Part shown: positions 31,432 to 41,102 of the stretch, piece after piece
Position numbering within the stretch: the first letter of the stretch is position 1
Layout: the number at the start of each line of letters is the position of its first letter
Assembly (NCBI GenBank): GCA_045863235.1
Contig: BTUM01000029.1
Location: forward strand, 17,803 to 81,802
Length of the DNA stretch: 64,000 nucleotides
Source of the DNA: Candidatus Xenobia bacterium
GTDB taxonomy: Bacteria; Vulcanimicrobiota; Xenobia; Xenobiales; QWHO01
Direction: 5' to 3'
The notes under the pieces: generated by a model
The model's input: only the letters and a program-made list of their open reading frames with translations
Database searches by the model: none
Told to the model about the DNA's origin: nothing
Made by a program: the position numbers and the translations under genes

Positions 31432-31809
31432 ATGCGAACGCTGATCCTCATATTCGTGGCTACTGGCTGGCTGGCCGCCGCCGAGACAGGCCCGGGCAAG
31501 ACCTACCAGACTTACGCAGCGCTGGTACACAAGTGCGTGTCGCTCAAGGAGCTGTTTCCTTACTTTGACGACGCCCGGCGCAAGGAATTGTCGACTCTGG
31601 AGAAAGACGATCGGGAGATGATGCTGACCATGCTGCGCAGCCTGGCCCCGACCGAGGTGAAGGTGACCTCGGAGAAGGTTCAGGGCGACAGGGCCACCCT
31701 GGTGGCCCTGGGCAAGATCAACGGGAGGCTGGCGGACGGTCAGGTCACCATGGTCAAGCAGCAGGGCACGTGGCGGCTGGCGGGGGAGAGTTGGCAAGCA
31801 CGCAAGTAG
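31432..31809 (+). CDS. Small secreted protein (DUF4878/NTF2-like)
   Basis: Signal peptide; 'VTSEKVQGDRATL...VTMVKQQGTWRL'. Confidence 0.55.
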   Translation: MRTLILIFVATGWLAAAETGPGKTYQTYAALVHKCVSLKELFPYFDDARRKELSTLEKDDREMMLTMLRSLAPTEVKVTSEKVQGDRATLVALGKINGRLADGQVTMVKQQGTWRLAGESWQARK

Positions 31810-31810
31810 C

Positions 31811-31844
31811 TTGACCCTTCATGCTTAGTCGACTAGGATGAAGG
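31811..31844 (+). promoter_or_regulatory. Sigma70-type promoter with overlapping operator palindrome for the TA pair
   Basis: TTGACC-N17-TAGGAT; TAGTCGACTA palindrome inside CCTTCAT...ATGAAGG. Confidence 0.7.
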
Positions 31845-31845
31845 A

Positions 31846-32070
31846 GTGAGTCGCACGGTGAACATGCACGAAGCCAAGACCCAGCTCTCGCGCCTGGTTG
31901 AGGCCGTGCTTGCAGGTGAGGAGATCATCCTGGCCCGGGCCGGCAAGCCGGTTGTCAAACTGGTGCCGGTCGAGGCCGCCAGCGAGCGACCTCTGGGCTT
32001 TCTCAAAGGCCGGCTGACCGAAGCGTTCTTCGAGCCGCTTCCCGAGGAAGAGCTGAAGGCCTGGGAATAA
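31846..32070 (+). CDS. Type II TA antitoxin, Phd/YefM family
   Basis: 'VNMHEAKTQLSRLV...EIILARAGKPVVKLVP'. Confidence 0.92.
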   Translation: MSRTVNMHEAKTQLSRLVEAVLAGEEIILARAGKPVVKLVPVEAASERPLGFLKGRLTEAFFEPLPEEELKAWE

Positions 32071-32457
32071 TTGCGTCTGCTGCTGGACACGCATTGCTTG
32101 CTCTGGGCGCTGATGACACCCGAGCACCTGTCTGAGCGGGTTCGCAACCTTCTGCGCGACCCCCGGAACGAAGTCCTGGTCTCCGCTGCTTCAGCCTGGG
32201 AAGTCGCCACCAAACACCGACTTGGCAGGCTGCCCGAGGCCGAGTCCGTGGTCGGTGATTACCCGGGAGCGCTCGCGAAGTTGATGGCTCTAGAATTGCC
32301 GGTAAGCTCTTCCCATGCCCTGCTGGCGGGCAGCTTCTCGAACGCCCATCGCGATCCGTTCGACCGGCTGCTGGCCGCCCAGGCGACTCTTGAGCGAGTC
32401 CCGCTGGCCACACTCGATGGAGCCTTTCGAGACTTTCCAGTGCGAGTGCTCTGGTAA
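32071..32457 (+). CDS. vapC: Type II TA toxin, VapC/PIN domain
   Basis: 'LLLDTH', 'SAASAWE', 'HRDPFDRLLAAQ'. Confidence 0.93.
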   Translation: MRLLLDTHCLLWALMTPEHLSERVRNLLRDPRNEVLVSAASAWEVATKHRLGRLPEAESVVGDYPGALAKLMALELPVSSSHALLAGSFSNAHRDPFDRLLAAQATLERVPLATLDGAFRDFPVRVLW

Positions 32458-32479
32458 CTCGAGTCCCCAGGGCGCTGCC

Positions 32480-33907
32480 TCAGGTGTGCACCATCCGCAG
32501 AGCCCGCCGGCGCACCAAGTAGGCCGCCCCGGCCACTGCCACGATCAAGAGCAGGTTGTCATACCACTGGCCCAGGTAGCAGCACATCCCCAGCACCAGT
32601 TGCATCAGGCCCACGTAGCCCAGCGCGAAGGAGCCCGCCTGGGCCCGGCTGCGAGCCTGGGTGGAGGCCAGCACGCCCAGGTAGGCGGCCAGGTAGCACG
32701 AGCCCAGCAGCCAGACATAGGCAGGTACGATGACCAGCGGCGCGGCGCTGCCCAGTTGGAGGGCCACCACAAAGCAGTAGAGCACCATGAAGAGCGATTC
32801 GCTCACCCGGTAGCGCCAGCCGAAGGAGGCCCAGCCATCCAGGAACTCCTCGGCCTTGATCTGGGTGAGCGCGAGCGACTCCAGCGTGCGCCGCTCGCGC
32901 TCCTCCACCAGCGAGGTGGACACGTTCATCGAGGCCATCAGGGGCTGCAGGATAAAGAGGGCGGGAAAGACATACCAGGCGATCTCGAGCCCCCTCTGGG
33001 GCAGGAAGAGCAAAGCCAGCGCCAACACCAGGAAGAAGAGGCCGTGGTGATAGAACAGCACCGCGGTCACGCCCCCGCCCGAGAGCTTGCGGGCCAGTCT
33101 TGCGCTCTCGCGGATCACGATGGGGTTCTCGTTGTAGGGCCGTTGAAATCGGTTGGTGGAGGGGCGCTTCTGGACTTCGGTCAAAACCGGGGCGGAATCT
33201 CCGCGCTGGAGCCACTCCAGGGCCAGCTGCCGGCAGGCCATCACGAAGCAGAGCACTCCCAGGGCCATCAGCAGCAGCCCGAAGCTCCCCCCGTTGGCCA
33301 GGCCGTACACGCCCATCAGGATGGAGGTGGCACCCCAGGCCACCCCGACCGGAGAATCCATGTCGATGCGATCGCACACCGCACAGACCAGGAAGACATT
33401 GCAGGCCACCAGGTTCACGACCAGACAGAGCCCGCACCACAGGACGGGAGCGAGGATCCAATCCGCATCGAAGGCCCCCCCAAACCTGATGTAGGCAAGC
33501 ATCTGGCCGAACACGGCCAGGCACAGCCAGGGAGCGCTCTTGAGAGAGCTGACGAAGGAGAAGTGCACGACCGAGTCGATCCAGGCCGAGGAAGTCATCC
33601 TGGTGGTCAGGATCTCGTCCAGGCTGCGCCCGTAGCGCAGCATGCCGATGATGGACGCATCCTGGTAGGCCGTCAAGAACGGGTAGACCAGGGTGACCAG
33701 CGCTCCCAGCGTGAGCCAGACTCCAGCGCTGTCGGGATAGAGCCGGGCCACCGACCCGACCGCCGCGCTGGCCACCAGCGTGCAAAACAGGGCCCATTTG
33801 CGATAGCGGCGCCGGGCCGGACTGGCCAGCATCAAGGCCAAAGGCGGAGCCTCATAGGGAGCGATCGTCAGTTCTTCGGCCGGGCAAGCCGGATGAGTCA
33901 TGCGCAT
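32480..33907 (-). CDS. Polytopic membrane protein, duplicated ABC-2-type permease-like domains
   Basis: 'NPIVIRE', 'EERERRTLESLALT' and N-terminal counterpart 'RYGRSLDEILTT'; many TM helices. Confidence 0.55.
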   Translation of the reverse strand: MRMTHPACPAEELTIAPYEAPPLALMLASPARRRYRKWALFCTLVASAAVGSVARLYPDSAGVWLTLGALVTLVYPFLTAYQDASIIGMLRYGRSLDEILTTRMTSSAWIDSVVHFSFVSSLKSAPWLCLAVFGQMLAYIRFGGAFDADWILAPVLWCGLCLVVNLVACNVFLVCAVCDRIDMDSPVGVAWGATSILMGVYGLANGGSFGLLLMALGVLCFVMACRQLALEWLQRGDSAPVLTEVQKRPSTNRFQRPYNENPIVIRESARLARKLSGGGVTAVLFYHHGLFFLVLALALLFLPQRGLEIAWYVFPALFILQPLMASMNVSTSLVEERERRTLESLALTQIKAEEFLDGWASFGWRYRVSESLFMVLYCFVVALQLGSAAPLVIVPAYVWLLGSCYLAAYLGVLASTQARSRAQAGSFALGYVGLMQLVLGMCCYLGQWYDNLLLIVAVAGAAYLVRRRALRMVHT

Positions 33908-34121
33908 CCTCCTCGGCTGTCTGTGCGGGAAAATTCGACAGCCTGGAAGCGGGGCCTTCTAGGTAGCGTCAGTTCTCCTCAGCAAGAAGACAGGTCATGC
34001 CAACGGGAACAAAATGCAGGTCGAGCTTCCCGGTGGCAGCATTCTACCGGTAGCCCGCTGGTAGACATGTGCCTGTTGCCGCAGGCCGGTTCGAGGTATT
34101 CTGAGTTCAGAAAGATTCAGT

Positions 34122-34163
34122 TTGAGGCCCGACGGGTGACCCCCCCCGACCGTCGGGCTTCAA
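34122..34163. terminator. Hairpin after the gdh operon
   Basis: TTGAGGCCCGACGG...CCGTCGGGCTTCAA. Confidence 0.5.
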
Positions 34164-34177
34164 TATTTTCAACGTTC

Positions 34178-34879
34178 TCAGGCCGCTTCCGCCGGCTGTC
34201 CGAGTTGCAGCATCTCATAGCGGCGCACGAACTTCGGCGGCATGCGCGTGGTGACCAGATCTGCCCCCCGTCGCGGCTCGGTCAGCTGCTGCAATCCCTT
34301 CGAGCTCATATCGACGGCATCGTGGCCGATCTCGCCCATCTCGCCGGCGGCGGCCAGGAAGACCCCCACGCGGCTGACCCGCTGGCGCTCCACCGCGCCG
34401 CACTGGCCGCACTCTTGCTTGTCGGGACCTTTGGCCAGACCGCAGTCGGCGCACATGTTGATGCGCTCGAGCAGGCTGACGTTGTGCACCTGGTGCACGG
34501 GAGAAACCTGGATGGCGTCGGCCGGCGGCTTGAGCTGAAACTCGGGCGGCGGGGTCCAGAGCACATTGCCGACGTGATAGGAGCCCCGCGGTCCGCTGAC
34601 CCGCTTTTCCTTGATCTCGGGCAGCTCCTCGTCGAGGTCCTCCAAGTTGTCGGACATGTCCAGCGCCCGCATGAGGCGCTGGCGATAGGCCTGCAGCTCA
34701 TCGGGCGAGAGGTCTGCTCCGAACAGCAGCTTGGAAAGATTTTCCTGGGCCACCCGGGCCCGCTCGACCGACTGGACGCCGGCCAGTGGCGACATGCGCC
34801 GGAAAGCCATCGGGGAAGCCGACGAGCCTCCCCACAGGTTCAGGGAGACCCGGACGTTCAGCTCGGGAATAGCGTCCAT
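34178..34879 (-). CDS. Hypothetical protein with a zinc ribbon
   Basis: 'CADCG' and 'CGQCG'; start overlaps the upstream stop. Confidence 0.6.
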   Translation of the reverse strand: MDAIPELNVRVSLNLWGGSSASPMAFRRMSPLAGVQSVERARVAQENLSKLLFGADLSPDELQAYRQRLMRALDMSDNLEDLDEELPEIKEKRVSGPRGSYHVGNVLWTPPPEFQLKPPADAIQVSPVHQVHNVSLLERINMCADCGLAKGPDKQECGQCGAVERQRVSRVGVFLAAAGEMGEIGHDAVDMSSKGLQQLTEPRRGADLVTTRMPPKFVRRYEMLQLGQPAEAA

Positions 34880-35244
34880 CAGTAGCTCGCCCTCACTTCC
34901 TCATCCAGAATCTGGCGCGTTTCGCTGGCCCGCTGGCGCACCAATCGGAGCGTGTCGCAGGCCTCCTGGATGCACTCGAGTGCTTTTTCGGCCAGACCGG
35001 GGTCGCCTTCCTGGTTGCTGCGCATGATCAGCTCGGCTGCCTCGCCATAGAGGTTGGCCGCCTCGCGGGTGGCTTCGTCCAGGCTCTCCAGCCCCTCGGG
35101 GGCGGGATTGTCCTCCAGCTGCTGGTAGACCTTCTCCAGCTTCTCGGCCACCCGCAAGCCCACCAGGGCCAGGTCGTGGGGGTCGAACTCCTGACCGTCG
35201 CGCAACCCCCGGGCCACATCGCCTAGGTAGTCGGTCAGGTTCAT
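34879..35244 (-). CDS. Hypothetical acidic helical protein
   Basis: MNLTDYL... start in an ATGA overlap with the upstream gene. Confidence 0.6.
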   Translation of the reverse strand: MNLTDYLGDVARGLRDGQEFDPHDLALVGLRVAEKLEKVYQQLEDNPAPEGLESLDEATREAANLYGEAAELIMRSNQEGDPGLAEKALECIQEACDTLRLVRQRASETRQILDEEVRASY

Positions 35245-35636
35245 GAGGGGGTCTCGTAGGCTTCGATGGCATATTCGAGCACGACCTGATCCTCCAGATA
35301 GACTTTGACCGGGTAGAATCCGGCGACGGGGAAGCTGAAGCCCTGCAGGAACCAGATGGACTGGTCCAGCGCGCGCGGGCTCTCGAGCTTGAAGGGCCGC
35401 TGGCCGGTGTCGAGCAGTGTCGTCTGGCCATCGGGAGCGGTGATCACCACCCGCTGCTTGAACTCGCCCTCGCCATCGCACCAGGCGTTGACCAGGAAGA
35501 ACCCGGCGTCGGCCGGGAAGCGGTAGGGGAACGAGGCCAGCGGCAGGCGGTAGAAGACATAGTTGAAGCTGGGGGGGCCGTGGCGCTCGTCCACCCCCAG
35601 ACAGGTCAGCGAATACTGCAGGCTGGGCTTTTTCAT
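35241..35636 (-). CDS. DUF6941-like beta-sandwich protein
   Basis: 'FFLVNAWCDGEGEF....I..PDG', 'F.F..AG.Y.V.V.L'. Confidence 0.55.
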   Translation of the reverse strand: MKKPSLQYSLTCLGVDERHGPPSFNYVFYRLPLASFPYRFPADAGFFLVNAWCDGEGEFKQRVVITAPDGQTTLLDTGQRPFKLESPRALDQSIWFLQGFSFPVAGFYPVKVYLEDQVVLEYAIEAYETPS

Positions 35637-38600
35637 GCCAGCGCCTGGGCCATCTGGCTCAACTGGCGGGCCAGCACCCCGCAGGAAGCCAGCGACAATG
35701 CATTGGATTCACGGATCTCGGTGAGGGCCATCTCGTAGCGCCGCACCCGCTCGCCCAGGCTGGCCAGGAACTCGTCCGGGCTGCCGTGCTTGAGGCTGCC
35801 CAGGGCCAGCTTCAGCTGCAGCTGGCGAAGATCCATGATCAGACCCTCCAGTGCGATGGTCTCCCACTTGTTGTGGCCCGTCAGGCGAGCCAGGCGGATG
35901 CGCAGCCAGCCCAGCGCCAGGCGATCACCCAGAGCGTAGTAGTGCTGGGCCGCGCGGGGGATGTCCACCTGGGCCATCCGGCCTGCATCCACCACCCCCA
36001 ACCCGCTGGGCAGATAAGCCAGAGTGGCGATGTGGCGGGCCAGCTCGCTGGGGAAACCGTGAGCTTCGAACTCCTTCTGGCGTGCGCTGAACAGCTCTTG
36101 CTCCTTGGCCGGCAAGAGGTCCGGGAAGCGCTGGCGGATGTCCAGCAGGGGCTCTCGGTAATCGCGCACGAACTCGCTCACGGTTCCTCGCATCCCATGG
36201 ATGAGCAGCATCTGGTTGACCACGCTCTCGACCGTCTCGAGCACGCTCCAGAGCGCATCATACTGGGCGGCCGCCGGCACCTGGTTGTCAAGTCCGAAGA
36301 TCTCGGTGATGAGCGGCTCGAGGTTGAGAATCTCCAGCGCCATCAGGGCCGCCCGAACCACCGCCACGGGAGTCGCGCCGGTGTTTCGGATGGTGCGATG
36401 GACAAAGGTGATGCCCAGAATGTCCACCACCCGATTGGTGAACTGGGTGGCGATGATCTCGCGCCGCAGCTGGTGATTCTTGATCTCTTCCGGGAAGCGC
36501 TCGCGCAAGAGGGTGGGGAAGTAGTGGGTCAGGTAGTGCTGGAAGTGCGGCTCCTCGGGGAAATCGGTCTCCAGGAGGCGCCGGAACAGCCCCATCTTGG
36601 TGTAGGCCAGCACGATGGCCAGCTCGGGGCGTGTCAGGCCCTCGCCGTTCCGCTCGCGCTCGGCGATGGCCTTGAGGTCGGGCAGGAACTCCACCTCGCG
36701 CTTGAGCCCGCCCCGCTCCTCGAGGTAGTCGATGAGGGTCGAAAAGAGCGCCATGTCTTGCCTGGAGCGTCGCTCGGCCAGGCTCAGAGCCATCGACTGG
36801 CAGTAGTTGTCCAGCAGGACCAGCGCGTTGACCTCGTTGGTCATCTCCTCGAGAATCTTGTTGCGCTCTTCCAGGGTCAGCTTGCCCGAGGACAGCAACG
36901 GCTGGAAGAGGATCTTGATGTTGACCTCGTGGTCGGACATGTCCACGCCGGCCGAGTTGTCGATCGCGTCGGTGTTGACCCGACCGCCCAGGCGAGCGTA
37001 CTCGATGCGGGCCAGTTGGGTCATGCCGTTGTTGCCGCCCTCGCCGAGCACCTTGCAGTTCAGCTCATGGGCGTTGATGCGCACCTGGTCGTTGTTGGAG
37101 TCGCCCACCTCGGCGTTGCGCTCGCTGGTGGCCTTGACGTAGGTGCCGATCCCTCCGTTCCAGAGCAGGTCGACCGGCGCCCGCAGGATGGCCTTCACCA
37201 GGTCGTCCCCGCTCAGCTTCTCGGCCTCGATGCCCAGGGCCTTGCGCACCTCGGGGGTGAGGCTGATGGACTTGGCATGGCGCGGGTGCACTCCGCCCCC
37301 GGCACTGATCAGGCTCTTGTCGTAATCGTCCCAGGTCGAGCGCGGCAGGTTGAACATGCGCACCCGCTCGGCGTAGCTCTTGTCAGGGTCGGGATCGGGG
37401 TCGAGGAAGATGTGCAGGTGATTGAAGGCCGCCAGCAGTTTGATCTTGTCCGAGTAGATCAGGCCGTTTCCGAACACGTCCCCGGACAGGTCGCCGATAC
37501 CTGCCACCGTGAAGGGCACGTCGAGGTTGATTCCGATCTCGCGGAAGTGGCGCTTGACGCATTCCCAGGCTCCCCGGGCGGTGATGCCTTCCTTCTTGTG
37601 ATCATAGCCGTAGGATCCGCCCGAGGCAAAGGCGTCCCCGAGCCAGAAACCGTACTCGGCCGCCACCGAGTTGGCCGTGTCCGAGAAGGTCGCGGTGCCC
37701 TTGTCGGCGGCCACCACCAGGTAGGGATCGTTGTCGTCGTAAATCACCAGGTCCTTGGGATGGACGATCTGCCCCTCCACGATGTTGTCGGTCAGGTCGA
37801 GCAGGCCGCGAATGAATGTCTTGTAGCGCTCCACCACGTAGGCGCGCAGCTCGTCGCGGTCTGAGGGAGGATTCTTGAGCAAAAATCCGCCCTTGGAGCC
37901 GACCGGGACGATGACCGCGTTCTTGGTCATCTGGGTCTTCATCAGGCCCAGCACCTCGGTGCGGAAGTCGGGCCGATCGCTCCAGCGCAGGCCGCCGCGC
38001 GCCACCTTGCCGCCGCGCAGATGGATGCCTTCCACGCCCGGGCCGGCCACCACGATCTCGTAGAGCGGGCGAGGCTCGGGCATATGATCCACGGCTTGAG
38101 AGCTGATCTTCAGGCTGATCCGGTCGTGGCCCAGGAAAAAGCTGGCCCTCAGCGTGGACTCGACCAGATTGAGCAAAGATCTGAGGGTGCGATCCTCCGG
38201 CAGGCTGGTGACCCTGTTGAGCGCCTCCAGGAAGCGCTCCTTGACGGCATGACACTCGCTTCCGCGCGCTTCCACGCCCGGCTTGAAGCGGGCCTCGAAG
38301 AACTCATAGAGCAGACGGGCGCAGTCGGGGTGGTTCAAAAGCGTGTCGTTGATGAAGCGACGGCTGGTGGAGTCGATCTGGGAGAGATAAAGCTGATAGA
38401 CTCGCAGCAGGGAAACCTGACGCACGCTCAGGCTGGCCGTCAGGATGAGTCCGTTGAGTCGGTCGTCCACCGCCCGGCCGTCGAGCAGGGCCACCATGGC
38501 CTCGCAGAGGAGGCAATCCGCCGCCTCGGGCAGAGGCTTGCGGTCGCGATTCAAGACGCGATAGACGTCCACCCCGCAGGCCGGCCGCTCCTTGACCTGG

Positions 38601-40354
38601 ACGGCAAAGGAGAGTTGCTCGAGCACCACCAGGCCCAGGTTCTCCAGGAAGGGCATGGTGTCGCTCAGCGTCAGGTTGTTGCGGCGATGGTAGATCTTCA
38701 GCCAGCTGACCTCGGCATCGGAATGCAGGCCAACGAGGTAATCGCGATCCTCGAAAGCCTCCATCTGAGCCACGTCCTGGGCCGCCATGGCGGGCGTGTT
38801 GCAGGCCTTGTAGGCCTCGTTGAAGGCTCCCCGGTAGCGATCGGACAGCTTTTCGCCGGGACCCTCGCCAAACTGGTCCTTGATGTGCTCCTCGAGCAGG
38901 TCCTCCCAGGAGCGCGTGAGCGTGGCCACATCCGTCTCCAGGGCCTTCAGGTCGGTATCCTCGACTCCAAACTCGGTGGTCAGGAAGAAGTGAAAGCGAA
39001 CCTGGGACATGTCCTCGCCGATCGAGAGCTGGTAGTCCACCTGGCGGGCCTTGAAGCGCTCCTGCAAGAGCTCTTGAATCTTGAGACGCACCCCGGCGTT
39101 GAAGCGCTCTCGGGGCATGATGACCATCACCAGAACTCCCCGAGCCAGCGGATCGCGGCGCACGGTGAGGCGCACTCGATTCTCCGCCTCCATCTGCATG
39201 ATGGCGCGGATCTCCCTGAGCAGTTGCTCGGGCTCGCCCCAGAACAGCTCTTCACGAGGCAGGGAGTTGAAGATGCTGACGATCTGCTTGAAGTCGTGCG
39301 AGCCCTCCGGGCTGCCGTCGAGCTCGAGCACCCGGGCCATCTTGAGGCGCAGAATGGGAATATCCTTGCAGGGCGTGGAGAGAGCGCTGGAGGTGAACAG
39401 CCCGAGCAGCCTCAATTCGCCCCCTTCCGAGCGCTTGACCCCCACGTAGTCCATGCGCACCGGGCGATGGACCGTGGCTTCGGCGTTGGACTTGGTCACC
39501 ACCATCATGGGACCCTGGGTGATCCGCTGGCGCAGGTTCTCGGGCAGGTCGGCAAGCGGGACCGGTTCCTGGTAACTGGACGTTTTGGCCGTGCCGCGCA
39601 GGATGCCCAGACTGGAGCCCTTGTCCATACTGAGCTTGTCATCCTTGATGGTGTACTCGCGATAGCCCAGGAAGACGAAGTTTCCCTCGCCCAGCCATTT
39701 GAGGAACTCGGCATACTCGCGCACCTCCAGGGCGCGCTCGGCACTGAGCGAGGCATCCTGGCTGTAGCGGGTGATGTAGTCAGCCATCCCCTCGGCTTTC
39801 TGACGCAGTGCCGTATAATCGTCGGTGGCCAGCACCACGTCGGCCAGCACCCGGCTGACCGCCTCGGTGAGCTCGCTCGCCTCGGCCGGCTCCAGGGGGT
39901 CTTCCATCAGATAGAGCTGGTAAGACTCCTGCGAAGGCTTGCCGGAGCCGCCCGAGCGCACCACCTTGCCCTTGTCGTCGCGATGGATCTGCAAGATGGG
40001 GTGCAGGTTATGGGAGACCTCGCGACCGTGGCGACGCAACTCGGCCCGCACCGAGTCGACCAGGAAGGGACGGTCGGCAAGATGGATCTCCATGACCGAC
40101 CCGGGCCAGCTCCAGCCGTGCTCCTTGAGCTCGGGCTGGTAAACGCGTACCTTCACCTGCTCGGGGGGGCCCTGCTCGATGAGCTTCAGGGCCCCCATGG
40201 TTACGGCCAGCAAGCCATCAGGCTCGAACCGCTCCAAGAACTCGGGGTAGGCTTTGTCGAACAGGACCTCGCTGAAGCTGCGAATGAACGCGGCCTCCTC
40301 TCCGGTCACCTGCTCGAGGATGTAGGACTTGAGTTCGGCAAGGCTGGCCGCCAT
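35633..40354 (-). CDS. gdhB: Large NAD-specific glutamate dehydrogenase
   Basis: 'GIHLRGGKVARGGLRWSDR', 'KNAVIVPVGSKGG', 'YLVVAADKGTATFSD', 'DAFASGGS.GYDHK', 'NSAGVD.SDHEVNIKI'; GGAGGA RBS. Confidence 0.96.
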   Translation of the reverse strand: MAASLAELKSYILEQVTGEEAAFIRSFSEVLFDKAYPEFLERFEPDGLLAVTMGALKLIEQGPPEQVKVRVYQPELKEHGWSWPGSVMEIHLADRPFLVDSVRAELRRHGREVSHNLHPILQIHRDDKGKVVRSGGSGKPSQESYQLYLMEDPLEPAEASELTEAVSRVLADVVLATDDYTALRQKAEGMADYITRYSQDASLSAERALEVREYAEFLKWLGEGNFVFLGYREYTIKDDKLSMDKGSSLGILRGTAKTSSYQEPVPLADLPENLRQRITQGPMMVVTKSNAEATVHRPVRMDYVGVKRSEGGELRLLGLFTSSALSTPCKDIPILRLKMARVLELDGSPEGSHDFKQIVSIFNSLPREELFWGEPEQLLREIRAIMQMEAENRVRLTVRRDPLARGVLVMVIMPRERFNAGVRLKIQELLQERFKARQVDYQLSIGEDMSQVRFHFFLTTEFGVEDTDLKALETDVATLTRSWEDLLEEHIKDQFGEGPGEKLSDRYRGAFNEAYKACNTPAMAAQDVAQMEAFEDRDYLVGLHSDAEVSWLKIYHRRNNLTLSDTMPFLENLGLVVLEQLSFAVQVKERPACGVDVYRVLNRDRKPLPEAADCLLCEAMVALLDGRAVDDRLNGLILTASLSVRQVSLLRVYQLYLSQIDSTSRRFINDTLLNHPDCARLLYEFFEARFKPGVEARGSECHAVKERFLEALNRVTSLPEDRTLRSLLNLVESTLRASFFLGHDRISLKISSQAVDHMPEPRPLYEIVVAGPGVEGIHLRGGKVARGGLRWSDRPDFRTEVLGLMKTQMTKNAVIVPVGSKGGFLLKNPPSDRDELRAYVVERYKTFIRGLLDLTDNIVEGQIVHPKDLVIYDDNDPYLVVAADKGTATFSDTANSVAAEYGFWLGDAFASGGSYGYDHKKEGITARGAWECVKRHFREIGINLDVPFTVAGIGDLSGDVFGNGLIYSDKIKLLAAFNHLHIFLDPDPDPDKSYAERVRMFNLPRSTWDDYDKSLISAGGGVHPRHAKSISLTPEVRKALGIEAEKLSGDDLVKAILRAPVDLLWNGGIGTYVKATSERNAEVGDSNNDQVRINAHELNCKVLGEGGNNGMTQLARIEYARLGGRVNTDAIDNSAGVDMSDHEVNIKILFQPLLSSGKLTLEERNKILEEMTNEVNALVLLDNYCQSMALSLAERRSRQDMALFSTLIDYLEERGGLKREVEFLPDLKAIAERERNGEGLTRPELAIVLAYTKMGLFRRLLETDFPEEPHFQHYLTHYFPTLLRERFPEEIKNHQLRREIIATQFTNRVVDILGITFVHRTIRNTGATPVAVVRAALMALEILNLEPLITEIFGLDNQVPAAAQYDALWSVLETVESVVNQMLLIHGMRGTVSEFVRDYREPLLDIRQRFPDLLPAKEQELFSARQKEFEAHGFPSELARHIATLAYLPSGLGVVDAGRMAQVDIPRAAQHYYALGDRLALGWLRIRLARLTGHNKWETIALEGLIMDLRQLQLKLALGSLKHGSPDEFLASLGERVRRYEMALTEIRESNALSLASCGVLARQLSQMAQALA

Positions 40355-40478
40355 GAGTGTTCCTCCGGGTGAAAGTCCAGCGGTCCTTCTACGCGCCCCA
40401 TCGGGGGCCTTCTGCGGAGCTTGCCCGGGATGATTCCCGTCATTTTTCGCGTCGGGCAATCCCTGGTATCCTTTTGTC

Positions 40479-40943
40479 GTGAGCCATCTTGGAATGCTAT
40501 TGCTTGCGGCCCTGTTCCTGGCGCCTCCCCTGTTGGCCCTGGGAAATCTTGCTCGCTGGGTTTTCCGCCGCGAAAAGCTCTATCTGTTGAGGGGCCTGGC
40601 CTGGCTGACATTCTTTCTGCTTTGCTGCCTTCCGTTGGGCCTGATGCTCCGGGCATTCTGGCTGGCACGCCTAGAATCCAGGACAAAAGCCTGTCAAGCC
40701 AACCTCGAGCGTTTCCGTACCGCCGTGGAGTTCTACGCTGCCGATCACGAGGGGCGTGCCCCGCAGCGACTCAATCAACTGGTTCCCGACTACCTCAAGC
40801 TCATTCCCGACTGCCCTCTGGGAGAGACGGCCAGCTATCACCTGGTCGTCAACCGGCAGAAGATGCCGGAACGGTACACCTTGTTCTGCGCAGGACGCCA
40901 TCGCGTGCAACCCCTCCTCGGCCCGAGTCCGCAGACCCGCTAA
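40479..40943 (+). CDS. Membrane protein with a pseudopilin (GspG)-like C-terminal domain
   Basis: Two TM helices, then 'ACQANL....AVEFYAADH.G..P..L..LVPDYL..IP.CP'. Confidence 0.55.
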   Translation: MSHLGMLLLAALFLAPPLLALGNLARWVFRREKLYLLRGLAWLTFFLLCCLPLGLMLRAFWLARLESRTKACQANLERFRTAVEFYAADHEGRAPQRLNQLVPDYLKLIPDCPLGETASYHLVVNRQKMPERYTLFCAGRHRVQPLLGPSPQTR

Positions 40944-41102
40944 GGCGCCGCGCGGTGAAAACTTCAGGATGGCGCGGCGCCGTTCAACAGATTGTCTACA
41001 CTCCCGCGCGTTCCAATTCTGAACAGGTCAACGCGCGGGAGTGTAGCAACGCAGGGAGGACTCGGAAGGAGAGAGAATCCACCTCAGGGGAGGATTGAGC
41101 CT

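Noticed and set aside
32315..34885. 856-aa plus-strand ORF and similar long overlapping ORFs (e.g. 35786..37864, 38021..40372, 56891..58810)
   Set aside because: They are antisense shadows of well-supported genes and have no recognisable motifs.
40355..40470. Riboswitch upstream of gdh
   Set aside because: Hairpins are present (TTGCCCG...CGGGCAA) but I could not match glnA, c-di-GMP or other known aptamer consensus; an Rfam search is needed.
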